A stretch of DNA of 61,302 nt, the filler included, from Hausera hauseri (lineage: Eukaryota), in NCBI GenBank assembly GCA_046269625.1. It is 13 parts of 13 records of this genome, joined end to end, with 100 filler letters (N's around TTAATTAATTAA, not from the genome) between each part and the next. Parts side by side here need not be neighbours in the genome. Positions count along the whole stretch, not along the records: positions 1 to 5,054 come from JBJURY010349935.1; positions 5,155 to 9,438 come from JBJURY010657997.1; positions 9,539 to 13,515 come from JBJURY010844190.1; 10 more parts are not named here. One strand, written 5' to 3'. The first letter of the stretch is position 1. Every line of letters begins with the position of its first letter. A program made the translations under genes and the position numbers. A model generated the notes under the pieces. That model saw only the letters and a program-made list of their open reading frames with translations, ran no database searches and was not told where the DNA came from. Of the stretch, positions 1 through 12,975 are shown in pieces.

Positions 1-896
1 CGAATTGCTTTGGAACCGTAGTAGAAGGAAGGCCTTTCGCTAAAATATACATTGAAGACTGGGAAGTATATGCCATAATCGGCGCAGGATCAGAAAAGTC
101 GTTTATAAAATACGAATCAATACCAACCACACTGCGGGACCAACTATGCCCACCATTATCATCGGATTCTGGTAGCATAGGAGCATTTTGCCAAATATAA
201 AAGCCAAAATTTAAATGGATGTCTACCAATCGTATGATGGGCCAAGCACTTCGACACGAATTTGCGATAATGGACCAGTTAACAGACGATGTAATACTAG
301 ATTGCAATGTATTGAAACAAATACCAGGCATGGCGATTGATGTGCATAACGGAAAATTACTTGANNNNNNNNNNGAACCAATTAAGGAAACAAAAGTAAT
401 AAAAGAAAGGAAACCGGGCGAAGTATGGATTCCAGTAGACGAAGACGTCCCACCCAGAACCGAAATGATAATCTTCGCACAGATCCGTCAGGACGAAGAT
501 CTGACAGTGTAGAGAGAAACCTCAAGAGAATATCGATTCAAACCTCATGTTTAGCAATATCTTATGCAGAATAGCGACGGAACGCATACCTATCAGATTA
601 GTGAACAACACACCAACCCCTGTGAGACTGCACGCTAATACTACTTTAGGTCACACTTGCAGGGTATCGGCAGTAACAATAAAGGAAAGACCATACAAGT
701 GTGCTGAATTTCCACCTCATATCAAAACCAAATTTCCCCTAAGGCGTATTGCAACTTTTACGAATTACTATGTAAATACCGTTCAATAATCGCACAAAAT
801 GAGGAAGACATAAGTAGAGCAAAAGCCCTGAGATTAACAATCCCATTAAGGAAAAAACCAGGATCGAATGACGAAAGAGATCTAGAAGAACAGAAA

Positions 897-1493
897 ATGC
901 CAAAATGGTACCCACCTCCCCATTTATCAAGACCAGAAATAACTAAAGAGGTAGAGCGAATGTTAAAGGCCGATATAATTCGACCAAGCTACCGATCATG
1001 GTACTCACCTATACTTATGGCTAAAAATAAAGGGACTACAAAATATCGATTTTGTATAGATTATCGGGCATTAAACACACTTATGATGAAAGACTCGTTC
1101 CCCTTACCGTCGGTAAAGGAAACCTTAGAGAGACTATCGGGAGCGAAATGGTTTACCACTCTCGACTTACAATCGGGATACTGTCAAGTGGAAATCGAAG
1201 AAGAAGATCGATATAAGACAGCGTTTAAAACACACTATGGCGTATACGAATTTAATGTTATGCCTTTAGGCATCACCAGAGAACCAGCTATTTTTACTAG
1301 AATGATGAATAAGATGCTCATGGGACTCGATCATGCTTTCGCGTATTTGGACGACGTAATGATAGCATCAAAAGCAGAAGAACACTTAAAGGACATTGAA
1401 GATACACTCATGAAACTGGAACAATCAGGGTTAAAACTAATCCGAAGAAATGTAAATGGGCACAGAACGCAGTATCGTATTTCGGTCACATAG
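897..1493 (+). pseudogene. Gypsy reverse transcriptase domain
   Basis: RFCIDYRALN, FTTLDLQSGY, KTAF, YEFNVMPLG, YLDD motifs. Confidence 0.95.
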
Positions 1494-1689
1494 TTGGAAA
1501 AGGAGGATCAAAACCGGATAAATCCTTATAAAATAAAATATCCGATTGTATGGAACCGCAGAATCAAAAAGACTTAAGACACTGGTAGGCTTATGTGGGT
1601 ATTATGCCACTTACGTACCAGACAATTCGAAAATTAGCGCACCACTCTATCGTCTACTCAAAAAAGAGACTAAATGGTGATGGACGGAG

Positions 1690-2133
1690 GTGGAACAAAA
1701 AGCATACGACGAAATGAAGAAGATTTTGAAAAGCGAACCAGTTCTAAGATATCCTGATTTTAATCTACCGTTCATCATTAAAACAGATGCAAGTAAAGAA
1801 GGAATAGGATATGAATTAGCTCAGAAACGAGAATATGAAGAACTAAAACACCCAATAGCTTATGGAGGATGCTCGTTAAAGAAAGCAGAAAAGAATTTTT
1901 CAGTTACCGAATTAGAAACATTAGCCGTAAAGGAAACACTTCGACACTTTAATGTCTGTGTCTATGGACAAAGGATTATAATAGTGACCGACCACAAAGC
2001 AGTTACGACATTGAAAGGACGAGCTAATAACCCAACTTGTAGATTAAACCGTTGGATCGAGGAAATTTCACGATATAACATTGAATTCCAATACAAACCA
2101 AGTAGTAAGCACGTCGACACCGACGCACTATAA
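1690..2133 (+). pseudogene. Gypsy RNase H domain
   Basis: PVLRYPDFNLPFIIKTDASKEGIG, ELETLAV, VTDHKA, RLNRW. Confidence 0.93.
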
Positions 2134-2399
2134 AGTTGAAAGACAAAAGCAAGTGTGATTACCACAGCGAAGAAAACGCAACTCGAACAAATAATCGAAC
2201 GTCAAAGAACTCCAACCACGGATAAAACGATCAGGATCACCACAGAGCAAGCTAAAGATATGGTTATTCAGCAAATTTCTGAGTTCGCACAAAATGGTAA
2301 CTGCCCAAAGGACGACAACTGAAGAAGTATCTACAGAAACACGGGCATAAATATCGCGCATCGAACCAAGACAATATTCTATATTACGAACGAAATCGA

Positions 2400-3430
2400 A
2401 GGAGACTAATAGTTATTCCAAAAGGACTACGCATCGAAGTACTCATGGCCGAACATGTTCATATTTAGCCGGACACATGTTTTGGAAGAAGATATTGGAA
2501 AGGATATTAAATAAATAATATTGGCCAAGCATTTATATCGATGTAAAATATTGGGTGGACGCTTGCGAAGTTTGAGCAACGAAACAAAAGTAAACAAGAG
2601 GCTACGTAGCAGAATTAAATCCCATAAACGTACCAGATAAGCCCATGCAAGCCATGTCTATGGATATAGTAGGACCCTTGCCTAAAACTCACAAAAATAA
2701 CAGATATATTCTAACATGCGTGGATCGGTCAACACATTTTGTTGAACTGGTGACACTATTAGACAAAAAAGCAGAAACTTTAGCCAACGCAGTGGTAATG
2801 AAAATCATCTGCAGATACGGACTACCCGAACAAATCTTAACGGATAGAGGAAGAAACTTCACTAGTGAATTATTCGAAAAAATTACCAAGATATTCAAAA
2901 TCGAACGTTTAACCACTACCGCGTACCACCTCCAATGCAATGGGATGGTCGAGGGAATAAACACAACAGTCATTGGGATACTGTCAACAGTAGTGGCCAA
3001 AAATCAAAAGGATTGGGACGAATTCCTAGAAGGGACACAGTTCGCGATCAATACGACCCCACATCCAGCAACGGGATTTACACCGTTCTGTATGATGTAT
3101 GGACGAGAGGCAATCTTACCCATAGATCTAGGTATGATACCATACGAAAAGAACCTCGAGGATATAGAGCAAAACTTTTCCGAAGTCACAGACAAGATTG
3201 CAAAGTGCTAAGAAGTTGCAAAAACATTATCACTCGAATATCAGGAACAATTTAAAAAACAATATGATAAAAAACTAAGCCCCACGATCTGGAAAAGGGA
3301 AATTGGGTTCATATACATTACCCAGTCGCGAAGATAGGTACATCCTTGAAATTAACCCGTACCGGAAGAGGACCGTATGAAATCGTCCGCACAACGCCAA
3401 CCACGGTCTATGTTAATAAAAACGGTAGAG
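2400..3430 (+). pseudogene. Gypsy integrase (Zn-binding remnant, rve core, GPY/F)
   Basis: MDIVGPLP, ILTDRGRNFTS, NGMVE, TGFTPF..MYGR; degraded H2C2 region upstream (YWPSIYIDVKYWVDAC). Confidence 0.93.
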
Positions 3431-5054
3431 GAAGTCGTATCAATCCAAAGAGTAGTTAAAACAGATATAAGACCAGCTAAACACTACAATCTACGACGGC
3501 GAGAAACAAAGGCCGCGCCGATTGTCACCAGATTGATATCGTACGCACAGATAATAATAGCCTTATCGTTGGTTGCTGTTCTACGGCCCAAGTCTAACGC
3601 CCAATGGTGGGTCGACAAAACTTCGATGAGTGATATATATGGAATCAGAAAAATAGGACTAAAACCTTCACCACCAAAGAGAGGAACTTCCGAACACAAA
3701 TCAAAATAGAAAGGCGAAAATTTCTTACGAGCATAAAAGTAGATTGCTTTTCGCCAGAAGCCCCATGTGTCGGGTTTAGGATGCCAGGACCATATTAGGG
3801 GCAAATTCAGATACTATTCCATGACCTATTAAGCCAAGCCCAGTCCGATTGTAAATTCGAGCCAGAAGACAATACAATTTGCTGCAACGTAGAGTACGGA
3901 CACTCTTACGCTCTCCGTTATCGTTCGTATTTGTCAAACTGTAATAATGTACACGCCGAAATAAACCTAGATTCACACTTATTTGTACCACGAACTTATG
4001 GAGACTACCTTAATATAGAGGTAGAAGACATGCTCCTGTCCCTGGACCCAATAAAACGGATTCTAGAAGAAAATATAGCTAGTATAGTGGAAAACCCAAA
4101 GGACAATTGCATCCAAATAAACACAAAAGGACGACTAATAAAGGGACGAGTAATCACGGTTCAATTTATGAGAGAGGATAAAGCAGTTCCTAATCAACAA
4201 TACTGTCAAATTGACGCGGAGAAGCCGAATAAGATTTGTAAGTTACCCCAAAGATAAAAATATAGATCATGCACGATCAACCGCTCCAGAAGCCTTCGAA
4301 GCGATGAGCAACGACTCGAGCAGATTTCAAAGACTTCTAACAGCTAGCCAACGCTCCAAATATTTGCAAGAAATTTATAAACCATTAAAGTGGGAACATG
4401 AATGGGCCCCTAGAAACCCCACATACAATTTACGCAGCTTCCTGATGCCCGATCAATTAGATACAAAATATAGAAAGAATATAAATCTCTACTCTCCGAT
4501 CAGAACTGTCCAGTCGATGGGCAAACATAGTCTTACGATCATCGTGCCAAGCCTATAGAAGGACAAGAGGAAAATAAAACGAAATTACAAGCGATCGGGA
4601 AAGGAAACAGAATGCTCAGTAGAACGCCAAAGTCTCTAGAAGAACACAAAGAAGAATTAATACCGGAAACAATAATAAAGAAACAGAAATTAGAAGAAAC
4701 GCCCCAGTCCAAGAAAACGCTATCTATTTACAACTACTTATACAAGAAAAAAAAGACGAGAAGATAAAAGATGAAAACCAACAAATCGAACCAAGTACCT
4801 CTCAGAAGGTCAAACCCAGAGAGAAAAACATCACCGAACCTATGATAACCGAAGCCAGTGTCCTTTTAGGTAAGAAGTTCGAGGAGAATGTCCATTGTAA
4901 AACAACTCAGGATTCATCAAAAATGTTGATAACCACAGAATAGTGTAGTAAGAAAATGATTAAGGAAGCTATGTTCTATATCAAAGTTGGCCCAGCGAGA
5001 GGGTTTTCAAAAAAACTTATGTATGGGAAAACCCTAAGTTGGGAAATTACCTTA

Positions 5055-5154
5055 NNNNNNNNNNNNNNNNNNNNNNNNNNNNNNNNNNNNNNNNNNNNTT
5101 AATTAATTAANNNNNNNNNNNNNNNNNNNNNNNNNNNNNNNNNNNNNNNNNNNN
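5055..5154. other. Artificial contig-joining linker (N44-TTAATTAATTAA-N44); also at 9439, 13516, 17821, 22097, 26426, 30467, 35323, 39476, 44723, 50094, 56275
   Basis: Identical 100-bp N-padded spacer with stops in all six frames, 12 copies; unrelated sequence on either side of each. Confidence 0.97.
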
Positions 5155-5340
5155 CTATCGATTAGCACTTTGTCCCGATCGATTCGATCAATACTGCACT
5201 GTGCAATTATCGATTTGTGAAAAGTGCAAAAATGTGCCTAGCAACGGTACCTAGGGTCACCGTTGCCTAGCACACTACCGATCGATAGTGCTCCGTGTGC
5301 ACAATCGATTGGCACATGTGCAAAATCGATTTATCGATTC
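5155..5340 (+). repeat. Palindrome-rich dispersed repeat; inverted copy at ~8946-9125
   Basis: 5155 ctatcgattagcactttgtccc... is the reverse complement of ...gggacaaagtgctaatcgatag (ends 9125); similarity runs ~180 bp; dense in ATCGAT and GTGCAC. Confidence 0.85.
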
Positions 5341-5456
5341 CCCCCTCCCCGGGTTAGGGAGAAGGTACATTTTCCTACAACTTAAAGGTAATCGATGGGA
5401 GGGAAACATAAATACACCTAAAAGCACTTGATCCTTAAGGTGGAAATAGGGAAACC

Positions 5457-5558
5457 CAAGCTACACTAAGCCAAACAAAGCCAAACACTAGCCACATTAA
5501 GCCAAAGCCTAGCCACACCAAGCCATACCAAGGCACACCAAAACACACCAAGCCACAG
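5457..5558 (+). repeat. Degenerate 10-bp tandem repeat (AAGCCACACC-like)
   Basis: aagctacact/aagccaaaca/aagccacacc-type units in series. Confidence 0.75.
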
Positions 5559-5619
5559 AAAGATTATATCCAAAACTGAAAAGGGGGTCATGTCTTGTTT
5601 CCCATTGGCCAATTTTCCT

Positions 5620-6440
5620 ATCCCACTATGACTCCTGTGACAAAGAAAATTTTTTCTTCCACGAGGGAGGAAGTCTTCGAGATAGGAAATTTATATTGGG
5701 GCTGTGCGCTTCTTTCCTACTACTCCCGTCTTTCTAACACGACCAGCATTTTATCATCCTCTGTGCCTAGATACTGTGCAGTCTGAAATTCCTTTCTTGT
5801 TTTGATTTGTCAAATTTGTGCACCGCCACATCCCGGTAATTCCTTCGACCCTCTCTAGTGTATTCTCTAACTGTGTTTATCTCTTACGTCTTTGCTGCCA
5901 CTTCGTGGACTTTCTGTATTTTCTCTTTGATTTGTTCTACGTTTTTTTCCGTCGCTGCTGTAGGTTTCCTTTCTCCTCTCCGGATTTATCGCAACAATGG
6001 ATCATTAATTCCTCTGTTAGAGCTTCCGCTGTTATTTTGTGTCTAAGGATGCCCTTCACCAGCTGTTCGATTTTGTTGAACTAGGCGGCCGGTTCTGCCC
6101 CTCATTCTGTAGTCCAAGGCCTACTGCAGATCTCCGCGCAGCGTTGTGGGTTTTATAAAGGCTTTTCTCAACCGGTTTTAATATCCTTTCACCTTCTGAC
6201 TCACCAGATTGTATTTTCCTGTGCATCTTCCGCCTACAGGCACAGGACCGAGGTTTCTCGGTCCATCTCGGACATTTTTATGAAGTCGAAGTATCTCTCG
6301 CATTTTCCAATAAAGGTTTCCACATTGTTTAAATTCTTTGGGCATCAATTTCTTCTCGAAGTCTGTTGAATGTTAGTAGATCTCATCTTTACCGTCCCGA
6401 CTTCAACATCACTTGATGATTGTAAGATAGAATTATCCAT
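5620..6440 (-). pseudogene. Heavily degraded retrotransposon gag remnant
   Basis: Manual translation gives NVETFIGKCERYFDFIKC (gag N-terminal type) and a broken knuckle IKCWSC*KDG..RKE. Confidence 0.45.
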
Positions 6441-8169
6441 AAGAGATTTATTATAAAAGTTTATATAACACTTATCTCCGTTCACTCCGGAAATGAAGTT
6501 TATTTTCCCTCTTTTCTGAATTTCCTGACTTTCTGTTAGCTGTTTACTGAATTATGTTTGAATTAAATTTAAACATTAATATTCGTTTCTATTTCACCTT
6601 ACAATGGCCATTCTTTCTTTCTTATCTTTCATTTTTTTGGCAGTGTATGATAGCGACCCATAATGTCTTTCTTTCGCGCAAGTCGGGTAAAAGAACTAAG
6701 TGTTTCAATTATAGGTATATCTCGTCTTTTTGTTGCATCAATCGCTACATTCTGCGTCCACGATTCCGTATTTTTCTTAATCGTTTCACTTGATTTATAA
6801 TATGCCATTATAATACTGAAATATTGATATTGAACTAAAAAACATAAAATTGATAAAATATACACCGTAAGTAAAATATACATCGTAAGTTACTAATGCC
6901 CGTTTCAAATGCCGTGCGTGTTATTCTTCGAAAATGCCAAAAAACCATATATATTTGCTAGTGTAAGGTTAAGAAAATATTAAATTTAGTGTGTAAACCT
7001 GGACTTTCCATTGAATTTTAATTCTTCGTTTACCTTAGTAGGACAGCTGCATAATATTACAGATTGAGTTTCTAATTCTTGTCAACTTTTGACAATATTT
7101 GTTTCAAAGAGTTGTGAAACATAATAAGGTTAATCAGCTTAATAAAACCGTTACGAATCATCTACATCTATCTCTCTGTACTTGGAAGTATCATAGCCAT
7201 GCATAACAAATCAATAAACGGTTTGCCACGAGCACCAAACATTAATATTCGAACGACGTAAAATAGTGCTTTCCTCAGCTGGAAATCTCGTGGTACAACT
7301 GACTGTACAGTACCAATAATCGGGATCATTGTGAACGGGGCTGATCGATTGCAACATGAATCGCTGGAAGATGATGAAAGGACATGCGCATCCTGCAAGT
7401 CGATGAATTTAATTCCAAGCAAATTGAATCTACCAGAAACAGATGTGTCTGTCTGCCCAATCGCCGCTCACTGTCATATGTTGGACTTCGACCTTTCTGG
7501 ACCAGACCACCGTAATGATCCAATGGACGTACTGCGAGTCAACAGAAACCTCACCGATCGGCCGGCAGACATTCCATCATCAGAGGCACCTAAACACAGG
7601 TTGGTGAAGTTCTTTTGGCTGATTCACGCCCGCCAGTGCGACCATTTTTTGCGCCTATGCAAATCTTTTATAGTTAACACCATTTTTCATTTTAAGGGGT
7701 TTTTAAGCTCAAAAACTTTGGATATTCCTTTATCACAATCATCATTTGCCACTGCTTCCCCTGCTGTACGCCCGAACCTATCTATAAACCAGAAGGAAAC
7801 CGCCCAAGCCCCCCATGCATTTCAACATTCTCCTGGGATTACTTCGCTGCAACTCTCCTTTCTGGTCTTCAGCAATAATCAACACATCAAAACCATTAAA
7901 GCTCCACTCAACGCCACAGCGCAGCTCCTATGAAACTCTATCCTCTTCACTCAACACTTCTAACTTCTATTTCACACATCGAGGTATCACTGTACATCCT
8001 GTCGACTTCCTCCTGTCTTTCGTATGCCATGAACGTCCAGTCATCCTACTCATGCTCCATTTTCTCCTTCGGAGTGGATCGGACTCAAGCCCATCTTTCT
8101 CGGATGATAAATCCACAAATACATACAATATCTATCGTGTACTAAACTGTCAACAAACACGAACGTCGC

Positions 8170-8892
8170 TCTTGATAAAAATAACTCTAGCATAACATGG
8201 CGCCAATTCCACCAACAGTGACTAAAATCCAAAAGCATCACCGACTCATTTGTGCGAGCCAATAGTGTTTTGATACTTCTGCCTGCCAACATCAAGCAGC
8301 AGATCAGTAACAGATCCGAACTGCTCTAATCATGGACACCATACGAAACACTGTGAGGCTGTACTCCATATCACCGATCCCTCTATAGATCACATTATAC
8401 GAAAATACGTTAACAATCATGCTATAGGAAACCAACAGCCATCCGCTTTTCTCCAAACGGCCATTCTGCAGCTTAGCGCTTTAGGAGTAACACCTACGAT
8501 TAACGCGGACTTAATTCTCAGTTATTTTTTGTCATCTTTGCCTACCTCAATCAGAGTCTTGATTACCATTGTCGACGAGTCCACTGCTATCGAAAAACGG
8601 GCCATAATGGCCGACAAATCCTTTGAGATTCTTCATATCAATAATTCTCTCCAAATTGCGGCTGCACCCACATGTGCTCCAACTACAGACACAACATTAA
8701 TCACTCAATAATTGCAAATGATGCAGCAACAGTTTGACAAGTTACAGCAGTCAATTTTGGCCATTACTACCCAAATAAACAATCTTAATGGGCCTCGACG
8801 AAGTGACACCAGACCTTCAAGGGAGCAAAGCACTTCAAGACACTCGATTCGATCCATTTCACCTGGCGGATGTATGACTTGCTTCTATCACA
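8170..8892 (+). pseudogene. gag: Gypsy gag remnant, same family as 19001-19900 and 43800-44722
   Basis: LPTSIRVLITIVDESTAIEKRAIMADKSFEIL and RSISPGGCMTCFYH are nearly identical to the 19001-19564 ORF; truncated at the repeat insertion. Confidence 0.88.
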
Positions 8893-9180
8893 GGAGAAGG
8901 GTAAAAATGGGGAGTCTGTCCCATCCCCCGGGTGTGTGCGCGTAGATAAATCGATTGTGCACATGTTCCAATCGATAGTGCACACAGTGTACTATCGTTC
9001 GGTAGTGTGCTAGGCGACGGTGCCGCTAGGCACCATTGCTAAGCAAATTTTTGCACATTTTACAAATCGATCGCTGCACAGTGCACAATTGATCGAATCA
9101 ATTGGGACAAAGTGCTAATCGATAGTGCACGTCAGTACACATCGATTAGTGTACAGTGCAGGTGTGCTGCATTTAGACTG
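8893..9180 (-). repeat. Second (inverted) copy of the palindrome-rich repeat, truncating gag
   Basis: Reverse complement of 5155-5340; gag homology stops abruptly at ~8892. Confidence 0.8.
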
Positions 9181-10179
9181 CAGAAAAATATCCATTAATA
9201 GAAGAAAAAAGCAGTTCGAAATTCAAATCCAAAGGAATATCAGATTAATACAACATTCCAACACGGTAAGACGAGAATTAAAATTCATAAAAGTTCCAAA
9301 ATGGAGAAAAAAACAAACGCAGATTCAAATTCGAAATTCACTTGGTTTTTTATTTATTTTATCACATTTAAACAAATTCAGTTTCTTTATTTGAGCCAAA
9401 TTGAAAATATAATTGAGCAACACAAAAATTGAACTGAGNNNNNNNNNNNNNNNNNNNNNNNNNNNNNNNNNNNNNNNNNNNNTTAATTAATTAANNNNNN
9501 NNNNNNNNNNNNNNNNNNNNNNNNNNNNNNNNNNNNNNTTTTTCAGCTGTAGAATATTTTAATACTGTGGAAAAGTTGTGTGTACAATTGAAGAACATAC
9601 AAAAGAGAAGAGTGGGGTCAAAGTTCATATGTTTGCTATGTAAAGAAAATAAGGTAGACACGGTATTCCTAATGTGTGGCCATCTGGTTGTATGTCAGAT
9701 ATGTTCAAAGTTAATTAATTTTCCGGAGTGTAAATGAGCTATAACTGAAAGTGTACATTGTAGTTTTGTTGTAGTGTATTCATATCGGCCGTTGACCTTT
9801 CGATGTAAATAATAAGGTTAAGAAACTCAAAATTTTTAACAACATTTTCTTGGTGCATCGAAATGTCATACACCAAATTTCTCTGCACCAACCAAATATA
9901 ATCATTATGTTGAAATACGGGAATTTTGTGATACTCTTTAACTAATAACATATTCTTTTGTTTGTCGGTTTCATACGAATTACCAAAAGAAAACTCATGT
10001 AAGAGTTATTAATATTTATCTGAAACATTTAATTATTGCTTTTATTTCAGTCTGAGATATCGTGCGATTCAAACAAAATCTTTGACATAGTAAAATCGCG
10101 AAATCAAGAGAATTCAGCTGTTATCCCAGAACCCCCAGCAGTTGCTTCAAAAAAATTAACTTTCATTATTATGGAATAA

Positions 10180-10302
10180 CTTACAACACTCTATCTCAAA
10201 AATAAGAAAAACTACGTACATAAAATTTACATTTAAAAACACAAAAGAAATAAAAATACAGTGAAAAAAGGCTAGGGTGCGATAAGCACTACAATACTCC
10301 CC
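10180..10302 (-). mobile_element. PPT and start of 3' LTR
   Basis: Minus strand reads ccGGGGAGta-t-TGTAGTG (TG at 10293), a typical Gypsy PPT/LTR junction; the far LTR end is not defined. Confidence 0.55.
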
Positions 10303-12595
10303 GGTGGCTGAGTTGAAAAACTGTAAGGATGAAATTGAAAGAAAATTCCGAAAACAAACAATACGATTTGTCTAATAAGTTTTTGTGCGTACAAGACGTT
10401 GCAATCCGTCGTTATTCAGTTGTCTACTATAGGTACCGAATGTAACTGATTTGCGATGTACCTTTACCATAGTGTCTTGCTGCTGGTAGGGTTTTGCAAA
10501 AGAAACATTAGTTTTAGTATGATTTGGTGTTGTATCTTGAGAGGGTAATGCAGAAGATGGAGAAGAGGTGATTGTAGGTAAATTACTTCAGTTTTTTGCA
10601 ATAGTCTTGGAAGGCAATAAGTTGAGAAGTGAAGAAGAAATAGGCGAAGGTATAGGACCAGGGTGTGGAGCAAAAGTAGTGGTAAAATTAGAAGGAGAGG
10701 AAAATGCGGAAATACGGGCAGGAATGGGGTTTGGAGGTGACGATGTTGGCATAGAAACGGGGAAAGCGGAATGATGTGTGGTTGACTGGGAAATTGAAAT
10801 CGGGGTACAGTTGGGTACAGGAGTGAGGAATGAGGTTGGTGTTTCGATTGGTGAGGTATCGTCAATGTAAAAGGAGGGCTTTAAATTAGTAATATGCACT
10901 ACAACTTGTTTTTTGTCTTTGAGGATAATAGCGTTGTGCGAATGCAGCTGCACTAATTTATAGGGACCTAAGTACTGTGGCTGGAAACCGCACGGTGTCT
11001 GATTTTTTAACCCTACAAACTTTGCCGAGTATAAGTCTTCGGGTATATAAGATTTATCATTATGTAAGAGCCTGCAGAACGAATCCTTGCTGATTGTAAC
11101 GAAGTGATCCTGTGCTGTTCGTATTCTCTCGTCTGTAAGAGTCTGTTCAAGGGAAGTTAGTTCAAAAAGTGACCATACAGGGGTTCCGAATAAAGCTTCC
11201 GTTGGTGAACACCCTGTGGAAATAGACGGAATGTCCCGCCAGCCAAGAAAAACGAAAAGAAGAAGAGTAGTCCAGTTGGTGTTGGACTGTGCAAGGATTC
11301 TAAGTAATGTTTTCAATGTTCGGTGGAAACGTTCGAGTAGACCATTCGATTGGGGATGGTAATGCGTTGTATTAATGTGACTAATTCCAAATCAGTTGAC
11401 TAGGGATTTGAACAGATTTGATTCAAATTGAGGACTTTGGTCTGAGATAATATAATGAAAAGACCCGAACCTACTAATCCACGTACGGATGAAAATATCG
11501 GCTATTGTGTCATTGTTTGTGCTCCGCAGTGGGATGGCTTCCGGCCATTGTGAGGAACGATCCATCATGGTCAGAATAAATTGGTGGCCGTTGTCTATTG
11601 GAAGAGGACCAACGATATCAATGTGTACTGTTTCAAAACGTAATGTGCAGGGGAAGTGATATAATGGTGGTTTTAAATGTTTTATAGTTTTATATTTCTG
11701 ACAAGCTACGCACTCTTTAACCCATTCTTGCACATCGGAGCGCATCGACGGCCAGATTACTTGACGTTGACATAAACGAAAAGTTGCCTTGGCACCAGGA
11801 TGATGTAATGAATGTACACTATCGAATGCTTTTTTCTGTAAAGATGGGTCAAGAATTATTTTGGATTGTCCTGGTTTGGAAATATCTAAGGCCACACCGT
11901 CAACGATGTGGTGAGACTTGAACGACTTGAGAATATCTTGAGATGGCTGATTTTCTTGAAGTTTTGTCTGAATAAAAAATGGTGAAAAATTTATTGAACC
12001 GACTGATCTAGATAAGAAATCAGCAACTAGATTGTCAACACCGTCAATATGTTTAAAGTCGAAGTTAAATGTGGACAAATATGAAATTTGTCGTTCTTGT
12101 CGAGTTGAAGGGTGTTTCATTGCCACTATATTAATTAAAGGTTTGTGATCGGTCTGTATAACAAAATGACGAGCTGTAAGTAAATGGGAAAAATATCGCA
12201 GAGCAAAAACGATTACCAGCTGTTCCCGATCGAAAGTTGAATATCTAGTTTCTGGTAGCGTTAATTTTCGGGAAAAGAATTCTAGGGGCTAATTTTCGTT
12301 TTTATATAACTGATGTAGTACGACATCTAATGCAATGTTTGATGCATATGTGGTCAGAATTAGTTCAACGTCAGGCTTAGGAAATGCTAGTATTTCAACA
12401 GTCTTTAGTCCTTTGCGCAACCTATCAAACTTATTAACCAGTTGTTTTGTCCACTGGATTTTCTGGTGTTCTTTTCCTCCACTTAAGTGTGCAAAAGGTG
12501 CCGTGAGTTGCGAACAATATGGGATATATTTGTGGACAAAATCCAAGTTACCAAGAAAACTGCGCATTTCTGCGGTTGTCTTAAGTAGGAAGATG
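10297..12595 (-). mobile_element. pol: Gypsy pol 3' half (RT connection, RNase H, integrase) with PPT
   Basis: EMRSFLG, LTTYASNIA, HHPGAKAT..IWPSMRSDVQEWVKECVACQ, VHIDIVGPLP, ISDQSPQFES, YLGPY; GGGGAG polypurine tract followed by TGTAG. Confidence 0.93.
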
Positions 12596-12644
12596 TGAGC
12601 ACACTGGGCCAATATAAATTTCCTATCTCGAGAACCCCCAGGAT

Positions 12645-12812
12645 TGGAAATCAATATTTAATATGAGAAATTTTGGCCCAGCCGGGATTTCACTATTCCC
12701 ACCCCTATAAAAATCAATATTTAATGTTTAAAATTGTGCTCCAGCCGGGGTTTCACTATTCCCACCCCATAGTACATTCTGGCCGCTGTTGAGTTTCACT
12801 ATTCCAACCCCA
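12645..12812. repeat. Iterated motif TTTCACTATTCC(C/A)ACCCC x3 (63-bp unit duplicated) downstream of Polinton polB
   Basis: Copies at 12688-12705, 12751-12768 and 12794-12811. Confidence 0.85.
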
Positions 12813-12975
12813 CTTTGTTTACATTTTGCAAAGTTGATATAAATACCCCTGCGTAAGTGTCACTTGTGTAAGAAAAAAATGTCTCAAAATTTGACAACAT
12901 TTAAATATACACTATGACAAAACAGAAGACAAAGAAGTCTGTACAAATATTTATTAATATTGCACATACAAATAA

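Larger units (their letters stand above)
1..3430 (+). mobile_element. pol: Degenerate Ty3/Gypsy LTR retrotransposon pol (PR-RT-RNaseH-IN order)
   Basis: Protease remnant AIIGAGSEKSFI (~70-110), RT, RNase H, integrase core and GPY motif (GRGPYEIV) in Gypsy order; broken by frameshifts and stops. Confidence 0.95.

Noticed and set aside
7168-7933. 200-aa and neighbouring ORFs as genes
   Set aside because: No recognisable motif; they overlap the presumed leader/LTR of the downstream gag.
12580-12600. AGTAGG as a Polinton terminus
   Set aside because: Lies within sequence still translating as Gypsy pol; no TIR partner or TSD.
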